From: Eledone cirrhosa
Taxonomy: Eukaryota
Assembly (NCBI GenBank): GCA_964016885.1
Contig: OZ024741.1
Location: 290,780,001 to 290,844,000, forward strand
DNA length: 64,000 nt
Direction: 5' to 3'
In this document: piece after piece, positions 41,341 through 55,723 of the stretch
Layout: each line of letters opens with the position of its first letter
Numbering within the stretch: the stretch's first letter is position 1
Notes under the pieces: generated by a model
Seen by the model: the letters and a program-made list of their open reading frames with translations, nothing else
Database searches by the model: none
Told to the model about the DNA's origin: nothing
Position numbers and translations under genes: made by a program

Positions 41341-41395
41341 ACAAATTGTGAAATAGACTGGTTCTTGCGCGTGGCTGATCGAAATATCTAGAATT
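41147..41395. repeat. Inverted repeat (about 55-bp unique arms) enclosing a (CA)n-(TA)n-(TG)n centre
   Basis: TTCTAGATATTTCGATCA..CCAGTCTATTTCACAA / TTGTGAAATAGACTGG..TGATCGAAATATCTAGAA. Confidence 0.85.
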
Positions 41396-42074
41396 TGAAT
41401 TCTAACTATCGCGCTAACTCTATATCACTGTGTAATCGCCTGTTGGCATTTAATGTCCGGAAAGGCTTTAGGCACTATTATTGTTGTTACTGTCACAGTA
41501 TTTTTCGCCCTGGTACTTAGACTGGAACCGAATGCTACTATTCTATTGTACAGCGATTGGAGACTGATTCTCTCTAATAACCGATTTTTCACTCACTTGT
41601 TATTGGTGCTTGAGATACATTGGAGAGTGCTTATGGCTAGAGCGGAACTATTTGAATTTCGACTCAGACCGTCATGTAAATTTCTGAACCAGTAGTCAAT
41701 CGGTTGACGGTATTGTGATGACGCGTAGGGATTTCAGTTGCTAATGTACTACTGTATCGCCGGTCAAAATCAGTCATAGCCGAGACAAACTGGAATCAAA
41801 TTCTGTCGATCGATTGGTTATTGATTAGATGAAACCCGCTGATGAAGCCACATGTACCGATTGTGCATTGCTGCATAATAAATGCAGACAATGGATGGGG
41901 TGCACTCTACTGAAACATTGTCACCAAAACTCGAGTACGGGTATAGTTTAATGTACCCATTTACGTGTGTTGTATTGAAGTAAGTGTCTATTCTGGGATT
42001 TTACATAACATCACCTAATGAGTACGCTGAGATGCAACCGGTACTAGCAGTGATACTCATGCTAGTCCCATCAG

Positions 42075-42116
<42 letters not shown>

Positions 42117-42205
42117 TATAGGGACTACACGATAGTTTGCCGTACAGGTATCGGTAAAATCACAAATCATTGTAGTATTCGATACATGGTCAGATGCAGA
42201 GTGGG

Positions 42206-42236
<31 letters not shown>

Positions 42237-42814
42237 TTGTCCCCCGGTATTCGCGGGGATTACGTCTCAAGAAATCTCGCGAAGAGTGAAAACCCGTGAA
42301 TATTGGACGTGGTCCATAAAAATGTCTATAAACTTCAAAATATAACGTAAATTATAATTATAAAAAAGGGAGTGCCATATGCGGCAAATACGTTATGTTG
42401 TTATTAATAATTTAGCATTAAAAAAATATATATATTGCCACGAAAAAAGCCATAAATATATCGTGCAATATATTTACGATTCCACGAATATGCGGTGGTT
42501 TCTACGGAAACCACTAGGTTCTAAGGAAAATTCCGAGAATAACCGTGCTCGTAATTTCCGGGCTCGCAATATCCGGACTCGCAATTTCCGGTTGGTTTAA
42601 TATATTGTCAAACCTCTTTTGTTACATATTCTGTGACCTCAGTGAATGGTTTCTTATTTTAACAACCAACCAACCAGAAATTTATAATAAATTGAAGTGA
42701 AAAATGACAGGTGCGTGTGTTTTTATTGGCAGCATGACCCTCCCAAAATATAATATATCTTTCAACACACGCTTTCAGATAAGAAATCTTGCAAAACAAA
42801 TTCAGAAACGGAAT

Positions 42815-42849
<35 letters not shown>

Positions 42850-43095
42850 AAGTCTAAAGTCTGTCTTAAGCAAGAAGGCTCATTTGGCCGGTGCTTATTC
42901 CAGTTTCATGGCGTGAAGAGACAGAATACAAGATGCTAGTCCATCGCAAGGTTAAACCCCCAGCTATTGCTGGTACTCATTTTCAGCTGAGTATACTAGA
43001 GTAACGTGAAATGAAGTGTTTTCCTTATGAACACAACACGCAACCCACGACGTTATGATCATAAGTCCACACCCTTACCAATAGGCCACGCGCCA

Positions 43096-43135
<40 letters not shown>

Positions 43136-43591
43136 ACTCACACACACGTATATATATATATATTTTTTTTTTTAAGAAATGAAACGAATGAAATAGTAGG
43201 GAAATATGAATGGGACGACAGAGAAGTGAACGAAACGATAAGGAATTCTACACGCGTAAAATTACCAGGACATCATTGCACGAGTTGTACCATGACGATA
43301 TTTTCAAATTAGGAAGGTGTTGTTTGGAAGAGATGTACAACATAAACAAGGGATAGATATTTGTGTACGACACAGACATAAACACAAGTAATGATTAGGA
43401 ATATAAAAATTGTAAATAAATACCTGGGATAAACTCGTGCACAATCAGAAATAACAAGGTTGCTTTAACAAAGTAGTGAGGCAGAGGTGTTGCGTCTGCC
43501 TCGAAAGAAATTTTTTGGGAGGACAGGAGTAGATAATCAAGTAAACAGAGTGAGAGATAACCCAAAGGTATGAAGAGTTATCTGGTCGCAA

Positions 43592-43740
43592 TTAATAATT
43601 GTTTCTACTTTTGGCACAAGGCCAGCAATTATCCCAGTACAATACTGACGCTTTATTTTATCGACCCCGTAAGGATCAAAGACAAAGTTAACCTCGGCGG
43701 GATTTGAACTCAGACCGTAAAGGGCCGTAACTCTATGTAA
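43592..43740 (-). mobile_element. SINE family 1
   Basis: Tail, body and B box. Confidence 0.8.
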
Positions 43741-44116
43741 AGGGCTCTGATAATCCAATGTAGTATATGATAAATCAGGAGTAATGAAACGTATGGTAAA
43801 GTGACAGAAAATGAACAATCACGACAAATGCAGAAATGGGTGAAAAATCCAGATCGTCAGACGACTCATGCTTTCACTGCGGGGGAAAAGTCAGGAAGCT
43901 GTTCCTTCTGAATCACACTCACACTACTAAATTGGAAGCATCATCGCAGTAGCTGTGCTCTCCTGACTGATCACCTACCGAAAATCGAGAGTTCAGAGGA
44001 GTTGCTTGAGTAGCAGAATTAGTGTCATTGTCCACAGTTTTTTTCACCCGTTCCTGTATTGTCAGTTTTGTATTAATTACATTACACACGATTCATTATA
44101 TATATATATACGTATA

Positions 44117-44521
44117 TACGAGGGTAATCCCAAAATTAAGGTCTCCAAAGCAATGGGGACGCAGAGGAACTGTTCGTACGGCTGTTGGCAACACTGTTGT
44201 GATTGGTACTTCCTTCACTCCCAAACAAGCATGCGCGCGCTTCGCTCAATCTTGGCTTGGCAGCCGTTGAGAATGGAGCTCCCGTTGAACGCTACCGCCA
44301 AGTCCGAATTTCGCGCAGTTATTATATACGAGGGCAATCCCAAAAGTAAGGTCTCCTTCCGAGGAAAACATGCGTAAAGATCGACGGATCACTCTGGATG
44401 CTCTCAGCATTTTGGTTCCTGAGGTTTCCCGCAGCACCATCCACAGGATTTTAACGGGAAAGTTGCAATATCGGAAGTTGCAATATCGGAAGGAGACCTT
44501 ACTTTTGGGATTGCCCTCGTA
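44117..44521 (+). mobile_element. Mariner deletion derivative with three TIR copies
   Basis: TIR TACGAGGG(T/C)AATCCCAAAA(T/G)TAAGGTCTCC at 44117 (+), 44327 (+) and 44492-44521 (-). Transposase remnants MELPLNATAKSEFRAVI and RKDRRITLDALS..VSRSTIHRILTGKLQYRK. Confidence 0.8.
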
Positions 44522-44618
44522 TATATATATATATTTATATACATATATTTCAGAAGATCCCGTTAAGGGTGAAAGCAGCGATTCTTTGTTAAACTTTAAT
44601 GTTATTTTAATATATCTA

Positions 44619-44708
<90 letters not shown>

Positions 44709-45787
44709 TAGTTCCACAACAGTTAGTTCACCATACCGGGAACAAAGGTTTCACCTTAAGCGGATCTTCAGCACGGTCACTTAAGACCGCTTAAAGTGAA
44801 ACATTTGTTCTCGGTATGGTGAACTGTTGTGGAACTACTTCTACCAAAGTCGTCCCATGGACTGACTGCCCTACTGCTACGGATATAACCCTCCAGTGTT
44901 CTAATATATATATATATATATTGTAGTGCATGTGTATGTGTATGCACACACAAGCATACAGTCACATACCCATATACTGATCACAAACGTTAAATGGCTT
45001 ATTCGATCCTGTTCGTTTTGAGGTAACTCTACTTGACAAGCTAAGAAACTCAGGTAAGTGGAGTGCGCCTCTATCTCCTCTGAAACTATGTCAATTGTAT
45101 TGCTAATGAATGAGATACAAAGACTAACATTGTTGTTTCTATTTTTGCTATTGTTTTTATTTGTTTTTCTTGTTTCAAGTGTTGTTTTACGGTTTTCCCT
45201 TTTCTTTTCCTATTCTTTCAATATCTTTCTCTTTTTTTTTTGTTTTTGTTTAAGTCTTCAGCTTTCATTTTTTTTTTGTCTTTATTTATTCATTTATTCA
45301 TTTATATATTTAGTTATTTATTTTTTATTGTTTATTTTTCTCCTCGGTATTTGATAAGATAAAAAAAGTGTATCGTGCAAATAGATTTTCCGCTATTTAT
45401 CACATCTAAATTTCCAGCACTTCAACGCCGGCAATGTACAGCATATAGTTATTGCCAATACTACTACCGCCACTACTACTAACAACAACAACAACAACAA
45501 CAACACCAACGCTAATAACCATTGCTGCCACGCCGCGATATCCATCATCATCACCATCACAATCCTCCTTAAATCGCAACCTGCCGTCTTTAATGGAGGA
45601 AGTACTCGCTGGCAAATTTTAATCCTAAATCCTATGCCGGGAATGGTAGATGAGAGAGTCATGTTTGGAACGTTTTTGGTCATAGTTCTGCTCAACGAGG
45701 GTTAACTATTAACTAAACAGCAACAACATCGCAACTACAACCACCACAATCACAGCCAGCTCCATTATTACCATCACCACCACCATT

Positions 45788-45963
45788 TGGCAGTATTGGT
45801 AGAGGGTCAGACATGCTTTCCAGCGTAGTTACGTCCCTTTACGATCTGAGTTCAAATCCAGCCGAAGTTAACTTTGCCTTTCATCCTTACGGGGGTCGAT
45901 AAAATAAAGTACCAGTAATACACTGGGTAATTGCTGGCCTTGTGCCAAAAGTAGAAACAATTA
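45788..45963 (+). mobile_element. SINE family 1
   Basis: TGGCAGTATTGGTAGAG A box, B box, body and tail. Confidence 0.85.
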
Positions 45964-46491
45964 TCACCATGATAAACAGCAACAATAGCACCACCTTCCC
46001 TATAAAGATGACCAGTACCATAAATACTATGTGACAACTTTTCCAGCAACATTGACATTGTGGTTGGTGTATGGTAGTGACAAATTAAATGAGGGAATCG
46101 CAATGGTAATGATGGTGGTTTAGGTTTTGGTGATAGTAAAGTTGTCGTTGTTGGTGGTGATATGTGTGTGTGAGAAGGTCGTCTTTGATAATGATAGTGG
46201 TGGTTCTGGTGTTGATGGTTAATGGTGGTCAAGTAGTGGAAGTGCGAATATTTTTAAGCGATGTGAAGCTGTTATGTGTGGTTGGTGTTGTTGTTGGTGG
46301 TGGTGCTGTGTGTGGAAGTGTGTGTGTTTGAGGGGTGGGGGTGGTAAGCGACAAAGTGTGTACCATCAATTGTGTTAAGATTTTTATCCGAACAAACTCT
46401 AAATACATGCCTATCTAACTGTGTATTTATATATCTGTCTATGTATGCATGTGCGTGTGACTATATATATATATATATATATACATATATA

Positions 46492-46585
<94 letters not shown>

Positions 46586-46717
46586 TGTGTGTGTATGTGT
46601 GCGCTCGCGTATGTGAGTGTGTGACACCTCAATTACATGACTATTATCACGTCAGCAACTAAAGACAAGGGTATTCTGAATGGTGTAGATAAATGTGTGT
46701 CCTACACACACAGACAC

Positions 46718-46758
<41 letters not shown>

Positions 46759-48719
46759 TAGAGAGAGAGAGAAAGGGAGAGAGAGAAAGAGAAAGGGAGA
46801 GAGAGAGAGATAAACGTATATAGTCAAGTACACATTTATATAAACACTCTCACACGCATATACACATATTCACGTTCATAATGTAGAAGTGATCTCGTTA
46901 AGTCTGTCATTCATTAGGTATTGTCAACCTTCTATATCAGTTTTGATATAGGAGGACTATGATCAGAGGCGTTCTATCCATGCCCATACTGCCTTTTCAT
47001 ATATCAAATATTGCGTTTGGCAATGTATTAATCATTGTTTAAAACAGAATGATGTACTTTGTAAAAGAATTGGTTACTATTTCTGCCAAGCCGTGAGACC
47101 ATCTTATCGTTCTCCCGTCGGCTAGATATAAATCTTTGACTGTTTTTGTTATTGTTGTTGTTGTAATAGAAGTAGTACTAGTGATGGTAGTTTTCATGTG
47201 TTCCTCTTCTCCCCCCTTCTTATTTTCCTCTCCTCTCCCTTCCTTCCCTCTTCCTTTTCTTTCTTCAGAGCATCCTCTGATTAAACGGACTTGCTTTATA
47301 GTTCAATACCGATTAATCGGCTCCCGATTATCTATGAGGTAATTATGTATTGTGATATGAAAATATATATTATAATTAACTAGGAGAAAAACTACCCTTC
47401 GGGTGGTTTTCTGCTAGCATGTGTAGTGTGTATATTGATATTATACGCAAGTATATATGGATGTAGATATGATACATCAAATAAAATCGTAATTGACAAT
47501 ATACACAGGAATTGAACGAAGACTGTGTTACACTGTCTTATGTAATCAGTAACATAATCCATGATACGTTAAAAAAAGACGATATTATATATAAACTGCA
47601 TTAGGAGAAAATTAGTGATGGAAATATATGAATGTTTATTTAAGCGATTGCTAACCGGAAATGTTGACATTTGAAAATTTTAAAGAAGTGAATCTTAAAA
47701 TGAGCAACACAATTATTTATATTTAATAAAGAATAACGAAATCTAGTAGATAAATTATGTAATATTCATTCATTATTTATTCAAAGTAATCCAACTTATT
47801 TTACAAACGGGATTAAAAATATATATTCTGGACGCAGTCCCGCACTCCTTACTTTATTATAGTTTAGATTGCAGGTAATATAGCATATTTCTCAATTAAT
47901 TACAATCATGGAGTAGCAATTTATGAGCCCATGATAACAAAAAAATAACAAGAATTTATTTTAGGTTTTACTTTATATTGTCACTGAACTGTGACATTCA
48001 ACAGCACCACCCTCTGTCTCAATACGTCACACATTCGGTAACTACACGTAGCTTTCCGTTTTGTTAAATCATTGCTTCACTGTAAGAGCAATATGTGTAG
48101 TCTCTGTAGTTATATTGATAAAAAGGCAAATGTTTAAAAAATACAGCTTAACATGCATACAAGACAACACTTAACGTGTCTATTAAAATATTTATTGTTT
48201 GTTACCTAAACGTAGCTTTTTCATTCTCCTGCACTCATGACTCACGGATACTCACAAATCTGGTTGGTATACTGGATTCACTTATGCTAGATCATCAAGT
48301 GTAGTGCGAATGATAGCCATGTTAGTAAGTTAGCTGTTAATTGGCTGTGTTTTTAAAGGGAAGTGGACATGCCGCTTTTGAATACCTTTTGAATACCTTT
48401 TGTTAAACATCGAACACCGGAAAGAAAATTATGGTAAATTATATGACAACTCTCTCGATTTCAGTGGAAAATACATTTTTTTTTCGATTTTTATTTACGG
48501 GTGTTATAAACTAACCTAACCTCCAAATCCTCGCAATCGCCTTTTTTCTGGAAAGCGGAGTGTCTAGGGCTGTAGAACTGCTGGGTTTCAATGTTTTTTT
48601 TACGTCACCTTGTCTCTTTTTTTCTACAAAGCTAGTTGTATCTAATTGGTTAGGAGGCCATATCCCACCTCCATTTTCCAGCAACCCCCTATCAGGATGA
48701 AAGGCAAAGCTTAACAATA

Positions 48720-48935
48720 ATAATGGTTTGTGATTTAGACACAAGGCCAGCAATTTGGAGTTCGGGAAAGTCGATTAAATCGAGCCCAGGGCGAGACTGG
48801 TACTTTGTTTTATCGACCCGTAAGGATGAAAGGCAAAGCTAACCTCGGTGGGATTTGAACTCAGAACGTAAAGGACCGTGACTCTATGCTGCAAAACATG
48901 TTATCCGACGATCAAGCGATGCTGCCAATCCACCA
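48720..48935 (-). mobile_element. SINE family 1 (longer-tail variant)
   Basis: B box and body with an extra internal segment, as at 20735 and 52557. Confidence 0.8.
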
Positions 48936-49902
48936 CTCTGTACTTAACAATAATAATAAAATGTAATAATATCCGATATGCTAAACCGTCAAAAATTCCG
49001 ATAGCGGTTATCTGCCGATTTATTGGTGAAATCTTATTTAAAACGATAGTGTATGGTCGGAAAGACTCCTGGCTGCTATTTCCAGCAAACAATGTGACCA
49101 CGTGGGCTTGTTTTCTTTGTTTTTATTGAATAAAGCGTGGTTATGATATTTTCAAATTCTGTTTTAGTAGGGTAAAATATCTGCTCTGAATGTATATATG
49201 ACGTCAAATGTATACAACATAACCAAGTTGCATATCTATAATATAATGAAGCAGTTTATAAAATATTCGCAACTCCAACGTTTCTTTGGTCTCTACCCAA
49301 ACACCTGGACACAAACACACACACACACACAATTATATACACTTTACAACCTATTTATTTTGTTGATCGATTGTAAAGAAGAAGGCATCGCCTGCTTTTC
49401 TCATACCGTTCTACGAATCCTTTCTGCTTCACATTTGTCTTATTTGTTTTTGCTTTCCCAGAATGCAATTCTAATTCTACCCAATCTACTTCCTTTTCAA
49501 AAATTATACTTCATTTTTCGATCTACTTTTTGCGTGTTGGTATGTCTCCTCCCTTACTATAGGTCATAAAGGCCAACCACCTCTCACCCACCCTTCAGCG
49601 TTTGCCCACCTGCATACAAGCAAAGATTTGCTTTCGAAAATATCTAATTTATTTTCATAGTTTTTCTTTGGGGCGATCGTTTGTTTGTTAGAGTTAATTG
49701 CGGTAGATATCTTGTTTTCTTGACAATTTATTGTTTCATTTTGTTGAAAGACCTCCGTATTCTGTATATACCTTTCTCGTTTTGACTATGCGCTAGTAGT
49801 CAATGCCTTATAAGCTAATGATACAGCTGCAGGCCCGGTCAACCATATAAAACCGTAAACTACAGTCGGTGGATTTAAGAAATAAGCATTGTATATTTAT
49901 AA

Positions 49903-49948
<46 letters not shown>

Positions 49949-50055
49949 TCTTTTACTCTTTTACCTGTTTCAGCCATCCGGCTAATATATATATATATTT
50001 ATATATTTATATATATATATATTATATATATATATATATATATCTATATATTATA

Positions 50056-50196
<141 letters not shown>

Positions 50197-50261
50197 TATA
50201 TATATGCTCTGCTATGTATTGAGTACCTTACTTACTGTGATTACTCCCGATTGAACCCGGG

Positions 50262-50310
<49 letters not shown>

Positions 50311-50396
50311 TGTGTATAGTGGTAGCTATGGTGCTTCCGTAGGCGGTATGCCAAAATTAGCACTCGATATTCATCAGAGTAGAGTGTAGATATTAT

Positions 50397-50688
50397 CAAA
50401 ACGAAAAATCAGTGATGCATCTGGACTTAGTTTATTTCGTGTTACAAATGTTTCGCCGGCATGTAGCTCGAGTCATTGTTTCGCCGGCATGTAGCTCGAG
50501 TCATGGCCCTTGTATGGATCTGGCTGATTCTACTTCTGCAGGTTCTTTCAGACACGGGTGTTATGTCCGGAGCAAATTTTATCAAATCAGCCAGATCCAT
50601 ACAAGGGCCATGACTCGAGCTACATGCCGGCGAAACATTTGTAACACGAAATAAACTAAGTCCAGATGCATCACTGATTTTCCGTTTT
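50397..50688. repeat. Fold-back element (family C) in (TA)n; non-inverted relative at 38520-38765
   Basis: 50397-50529 (with an internal duplication of about 26 nt) is the reverse complement of 50586-50688. Confidence 0.85.
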
Positions 50689-50987
50689 CTTGATTATATA
50701 TATATATATAATATATATATTATTTACGTAGACAACGGAGCATATGTGCATAAATGCATCTGCACCGTGTCGTATTTATGACAGTATTGTATTAGCTCAA
50801 TGCACAAGAACAGAGCTGTTATATGTAAAAGAAAACAAAGAACGCCTATATACTCATACAATTTTTATTCGCTGACAATGTTTCATCCATACCGTGGGGC
50901 ATATATATATATAACAGAGGTGTGGTAAGGAACCAGATTGACCATATCGCACCAGAGTACTCAATACTTAGGGTTGTAGAGTGGGTA

Positions 50988-51106
50988 ATAGGAAAAAGTT
51001 TAACCCCGACGGCATAGCTCAAGCTGTTTCGACGGCTATTTCTGAACTCCAGAAATAGCTGTCGAAACGGCTTGAGCTCTGCCGTCGGGGTTAAACTTTT
51101 TCCTAT
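50988..51106. repeat. 57-bp-arm palindrome (family D)
   Basis: 50988-51044 versus 51050-51106, three mismatches, 5-nt loop. Confidence 0.9.
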
Positions 51107-52556
51107 ATGTGTGTTCGTGAGTATGTATAGCCAAAGCAAAACATAGAATACGGTTCTCAACGCTTTTAATGCCCTACAATTATTTCGGGTTGCCACCTAT
51201 CATTAGCCAGTTAGTCAAAAGGATGAAATGAAATTGTGTATAATTGTGTAAAAAAAAAATTTGGCAAAAGCTCATCAGAACCAAAAAAGCAGACGCATAA
51301 AATAAAATACGCCGTTGGTTAGCACTATAGGGCACGATGGTGGCCACTGGAGATAGCAGTTCAATAATGCAAAATTTCTGAACTGTGAGGCATGGAAATT
51401 ATTCTATATTTTTGTTTGGTTAGATATGCTCTGTGTTTGCTTCTTTCTATATCTTTTACCTTAAAAGTATATCTCATATCTTCCACCTATAAGTACATAA
51501 ACATATTGAGCTCTGTATAAAAATATTTGGCAATCATATAATTTCCTATAGAGTTCTCTATACACAGTCATATTTTTGGCCTTGCTATCTCTCTCTCTCT
51601 CTCTATATATATACATATATATATATGTATATATATATACATATATAATGCATGTGTATACACACACACATACACACACACACACCACACACACATATAT
51701 ATATATAGAGAGAAAAATAATCCCGACCGCAACGCCTGGAAGCTTCGGCTTGTATTTTCAGCAAGCCTCTTCAAAGGTCACGCTTGGCGTGGCGGACGGG
51801 ATTATATATATCTCTATACTCACTCTGCATCTTCCCATGAATTGAGTCCTTCCATGATGTGTGGTCTCTTCGGCCTCAGAACCACTGGGTATATATATTA
51901 TATTATATGCATTTAAGCAGGAACGAAACCATTGTTATATGTAATAAACATTTATGGTGCAACATTGACTTCGTACCCGCTTAAATTGTATTTACAATCT
52001 GCGCGTTACAGCCACCTTAACCCTGGAGTACACTAAAAGGATGAATGACAAAGTTGACCTCGGTAGGATTTAAACTCAGAAAGCAGAGAGCCGGAACTAA
52101 TACTGTAAAGTATCCTATCCGATGTTCTAACGACTCTGTCAATTCGTCGCCTCTCACACATTCCGTTAGAAGGAAATTCACTGGGTATAAAAAAAATTCG
52201 TTGTAACGAAATATTCTTATGAGATCGACCGAAACAAATCGAGGATTGAAAAAATATTCGTTATACTGAATTTCGTTATAATTGTATTCGTTATAACTGA
52301 ATTTTACCTGTATATAAATACATATGGATATGGTGTGTGTGTATGTGTGTGTGTGTGCGTGCATATATGTTGACTTGTGTTAGAACGCATGTTATTTTTC
52401 TAACAGTTCTTTCAACTTTCTTCCTTCCTCTCACTCTCCTCTATCGTACATAACAAAATACGAAAGCGAACGAATGAAATTCTAATAATGATAAGAAATC
52501 ATATCTATATATATTTGTTTTATCCTGTCAGTAAAATAAGTTAGATTACTTTGAAT

Positions 52557-52775
52557 AAATAATGGTTTCTTATATAGACACAAGGCCAGCAATTTTGGGG
52601 GGAGGGAAAAGTCGATGAAATTGACCCCAGTGCGTGACTGGTACTTTATTTTATCGACCCCGTAAGGATGAAAGGCAAAGTTAACCTTAGAGGGATTTGA
52701 ACTCAGATCATAAAGGGACGTAACTATGCTGGAAAGCATTCCGAGCCTCTACCGATACTGCCAATTCACCTCCCT
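52557..52775 (-). mobile_element. SINE family 1 (longer-tail variant)
   Basis: Same motifs; an older diverged copy lies at about 52035-52152. Confidence 0.8.
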
Positions 52776-54429
52776 TATGATTGCTTATTTTAAGATTCAC
52801 TTCTTTTAAAATTTTCAAATGTCTACCCTTCCGGTTAGCGTCCGTTATATCATAACACTTATTACATCGCTTATGTAAACATCCATATATTTACATCGTT
52901 ATATAAGGTTTCATTACATTTCACCGTAATGCAGTTTATATATAATATCGTCTTTTTTAAATGTATCATGGATTACTTTACTGATTACAGAAGAGGGTGT
53001 AACACAGTCTCTTCAAATTCTGTGCATATTATCAATTACGATTTTATTTGACATATATCTACATGCATGTGTATTTGCATATAATATAAATATGCACATT
53101 ACACATGCTAGTATATATAACTTCAAATATGAACGTCAATATCAACAACAACAACAGAAGATATCTTATCTTTCGTTAACTGTGGCCTTTTTGTGACGTC
53201 TATTGTATCTTTAACCATGTCCCAGATGCATGCTTTAACTCTTCACACTGTAATATCGGTCAATCATTACTTTAGATCCAACGTTTTGGAACTCCGTCAC
53301 TTCCGACGACGAGTTTTGTAGTTGTTTTTATTAATTAAACATGATGCTACAAAATTAACCTGCAAGTAACTGAGCATTTCACAGGCACCTGTACCCACAA
53401 CATAGTTTCCATGAAGATTCAGGCTGATACCACACCTAAGTAGGTTAAACCGTAGAAATACAATTGCAACTCCTTTTTGCCAGTTGGGTGGATTAGAACA
53501 ACGTTAAATATAGTGTCTTGATCAAGGTCAGAACACCTGTCACCCGGTATCGAGCTTTTCACATTACGATTGTGAGCTAAATATTCTAATGACTACGCAC
53601 GCGCCTTCACTGATATAACGTAGTATTGCGGTAAAGATAGATTTTTATTGCTCTTTGCTCGTAGCTGTCTGCCTTTCTGTCTTAATTCCTGGTATTTAAG
53701 ATATGTCCCAGATATGATAATGGAAGGATAGACAGAGTGTGACATGCAGATATATATTTTTATTTTGTATGGCTATGTTATTGAAAAGTGTATTTTAAAG
53801 ATTTTATGGTAGCGACTTATATCACTTTTTTTTGTATATATTGAAGGTGATTGGGTTGCCTATTGTGGGGTGGCAGTGAGAGTGTTGTTGTTGGTTTCAG
53901 GGGTAAAGTTATTGACAGTGGTGGTGGGAGTTCTATTATACTGTGTAAGGTTTTTAATATCATTTTTAATTTATCTTCTCGTTTCCATTGATGGGATGTG
54001 CCCATGCTAGATCATCACTTTCAAATGATTAGTCGATTACATAGTCATCAGTAGGTAATTCAATGAAAAGGTCAAAGATGCCATTTGATCAAAGAATACG
54101 TACAAAGCTTAGTTTGGGAATACGTCCCCCTTTTTTTTGCACTTGCGTTACAAGTAGGAGCAAAACGTTTTAGCAGAGAAAGTAAAGCCGTCTAAAGTTG
54201 AGACGTAGGAGGACTTTGGGGTTAAACCGGAATCCGGCATCAGATCTGCAAATAAAATCTTCTGGCAGGCTATTCGCCGGCTTCGTAATAATAAGTCCCC
54301 CGCCATGCTTGCTATCAGCGATTCGTCAGGGATTCTTCTATCTTCAGATAGATGCATCCTCGCGAGATGAGAATATTTTGCTGATCTCCTAAACACAGTC
54401 TCAACTTCTGATGTATACATGAGGTGCAT

Positions 54430-55550
54430 TTGGGAGCGATGATAACCTCTCCGGGACCGAGGTCACCAGATCAATTAAAAGCTCAAATGTAGCAAGGCGT
54501 CTGGTGAGGGGGTAATTCCGTCCGAGATGTTAAATGCCTTTAAAATAGAAGGTATTCTCTGGCTGACCAATGTGTCGGGTGGCCTCGATTTCTGGAAAGG
54601 CACCTCAGCAATGACAATCGTGAGGGATAATCCAAAATTTCGAAAAGGGAGACAAAGATTTATTTAATTAAGATTAAACAAAGATTAAGCCTCCTAGAAA
54701 AGTCTATGCTAAGTGTGCCTGGCAAAGAGAGTAGGGATATTATAAAGTTCAAGCTAGTTGAGAAACAATGTGGTTTTCGCCACGGACAAGCACAGCCGAC
54801 CAAATATCACACTACGATAGGTTTTCGAGAAATCGTGGAAGTATTACCAAGAGTTGTATGCTTGCTTTCTAATCCTTGAAAAGCCATGTAATTGCGTTCC
54901 ATGAGACCTGTTTTCAAATGTTTTGCAGGAGTATGGGTTCGATAGACAGCTACTTGTTGCCCTGAAGCCTCAATTAAAATTATCTAATATTTGTGTTCGG
55001 ATAAATGGTGCTAATTCAAAACCATTCAATGTGAGTGTCAGATTCCACCAAGGGCGCTTACTGTTACCACTTCTGTTCATAATCTTCATGAACAGGATTG
55101 ACATGCGCAATCGGTTGGAAGTAGTATCAAAACTGAAGGTGTAGTATCAGCCGGCTGGAATTTGCGGACATGGTACTAAACTCATCTGATGGTGATGTCC
55201 GATATCCACCTGATAGGTTTGCTAACTAGTGCTGCACGGAAGGAGTGAAAATCAGTGTTTCGAACACTGAGACACTCATCCTCTAAAGGAAGCCTGCACA
55301 GTGTACTCTACATGTGCTTGGGTCTTCATTGAAGTACGTGGAAAGAAGTTCAAGTAACCCGGGGCCCTGTTCACGACCGGATGAAAGCAAGAGGCTTATT
55401 AAAGAGCAAGAATTGCAAGCGCTGATGCAGTAATGGGCAAACTTCAGCATTCGTCTATCAGAAGAAGTGGGTTAGGTGTAAAAAGCCAAATTCACTATCT
55501 TCAATTTGGAATTCGTACGAAATCTTACCCATGGTCATGAGAGTGACGAC
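54430..55550 (+). mobile_element. Degenerate RTE-clade LINE RT
   Basis: IPSEMLNA, KGDK, EKQCGFR, TADQI, VFEKSWKY, VRING..SKPFNV..HQG..LPLLFIIFM, EFAD; many stops and frameshifts. Confidence 0.75.
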
Positions 55551-55723
55551 AGAAAGAATATATATATATATTTATATATTTAGGGGTTGTAACGTCCAAT
55601 TACTTTAGGCTCACCAGAGTGAGCACTCGGCGCGTAGTTTTCAGTAAGTATAGAGGTGCAGTACTAAGCTGAGTGTAATAATAATAGAAAGGATGATTTG
55701 TTACGTCTTCATTACGTTTATTG

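Noticed and set aside
42540-42595. Short tandem CTCG(C/T)AAT(T/A)TCCGG repeats as a CRISPR-like array
   Set aside because: Three 15-nt tandem units without spacers in eukaryotic DNA; an ordinary minisatellite.
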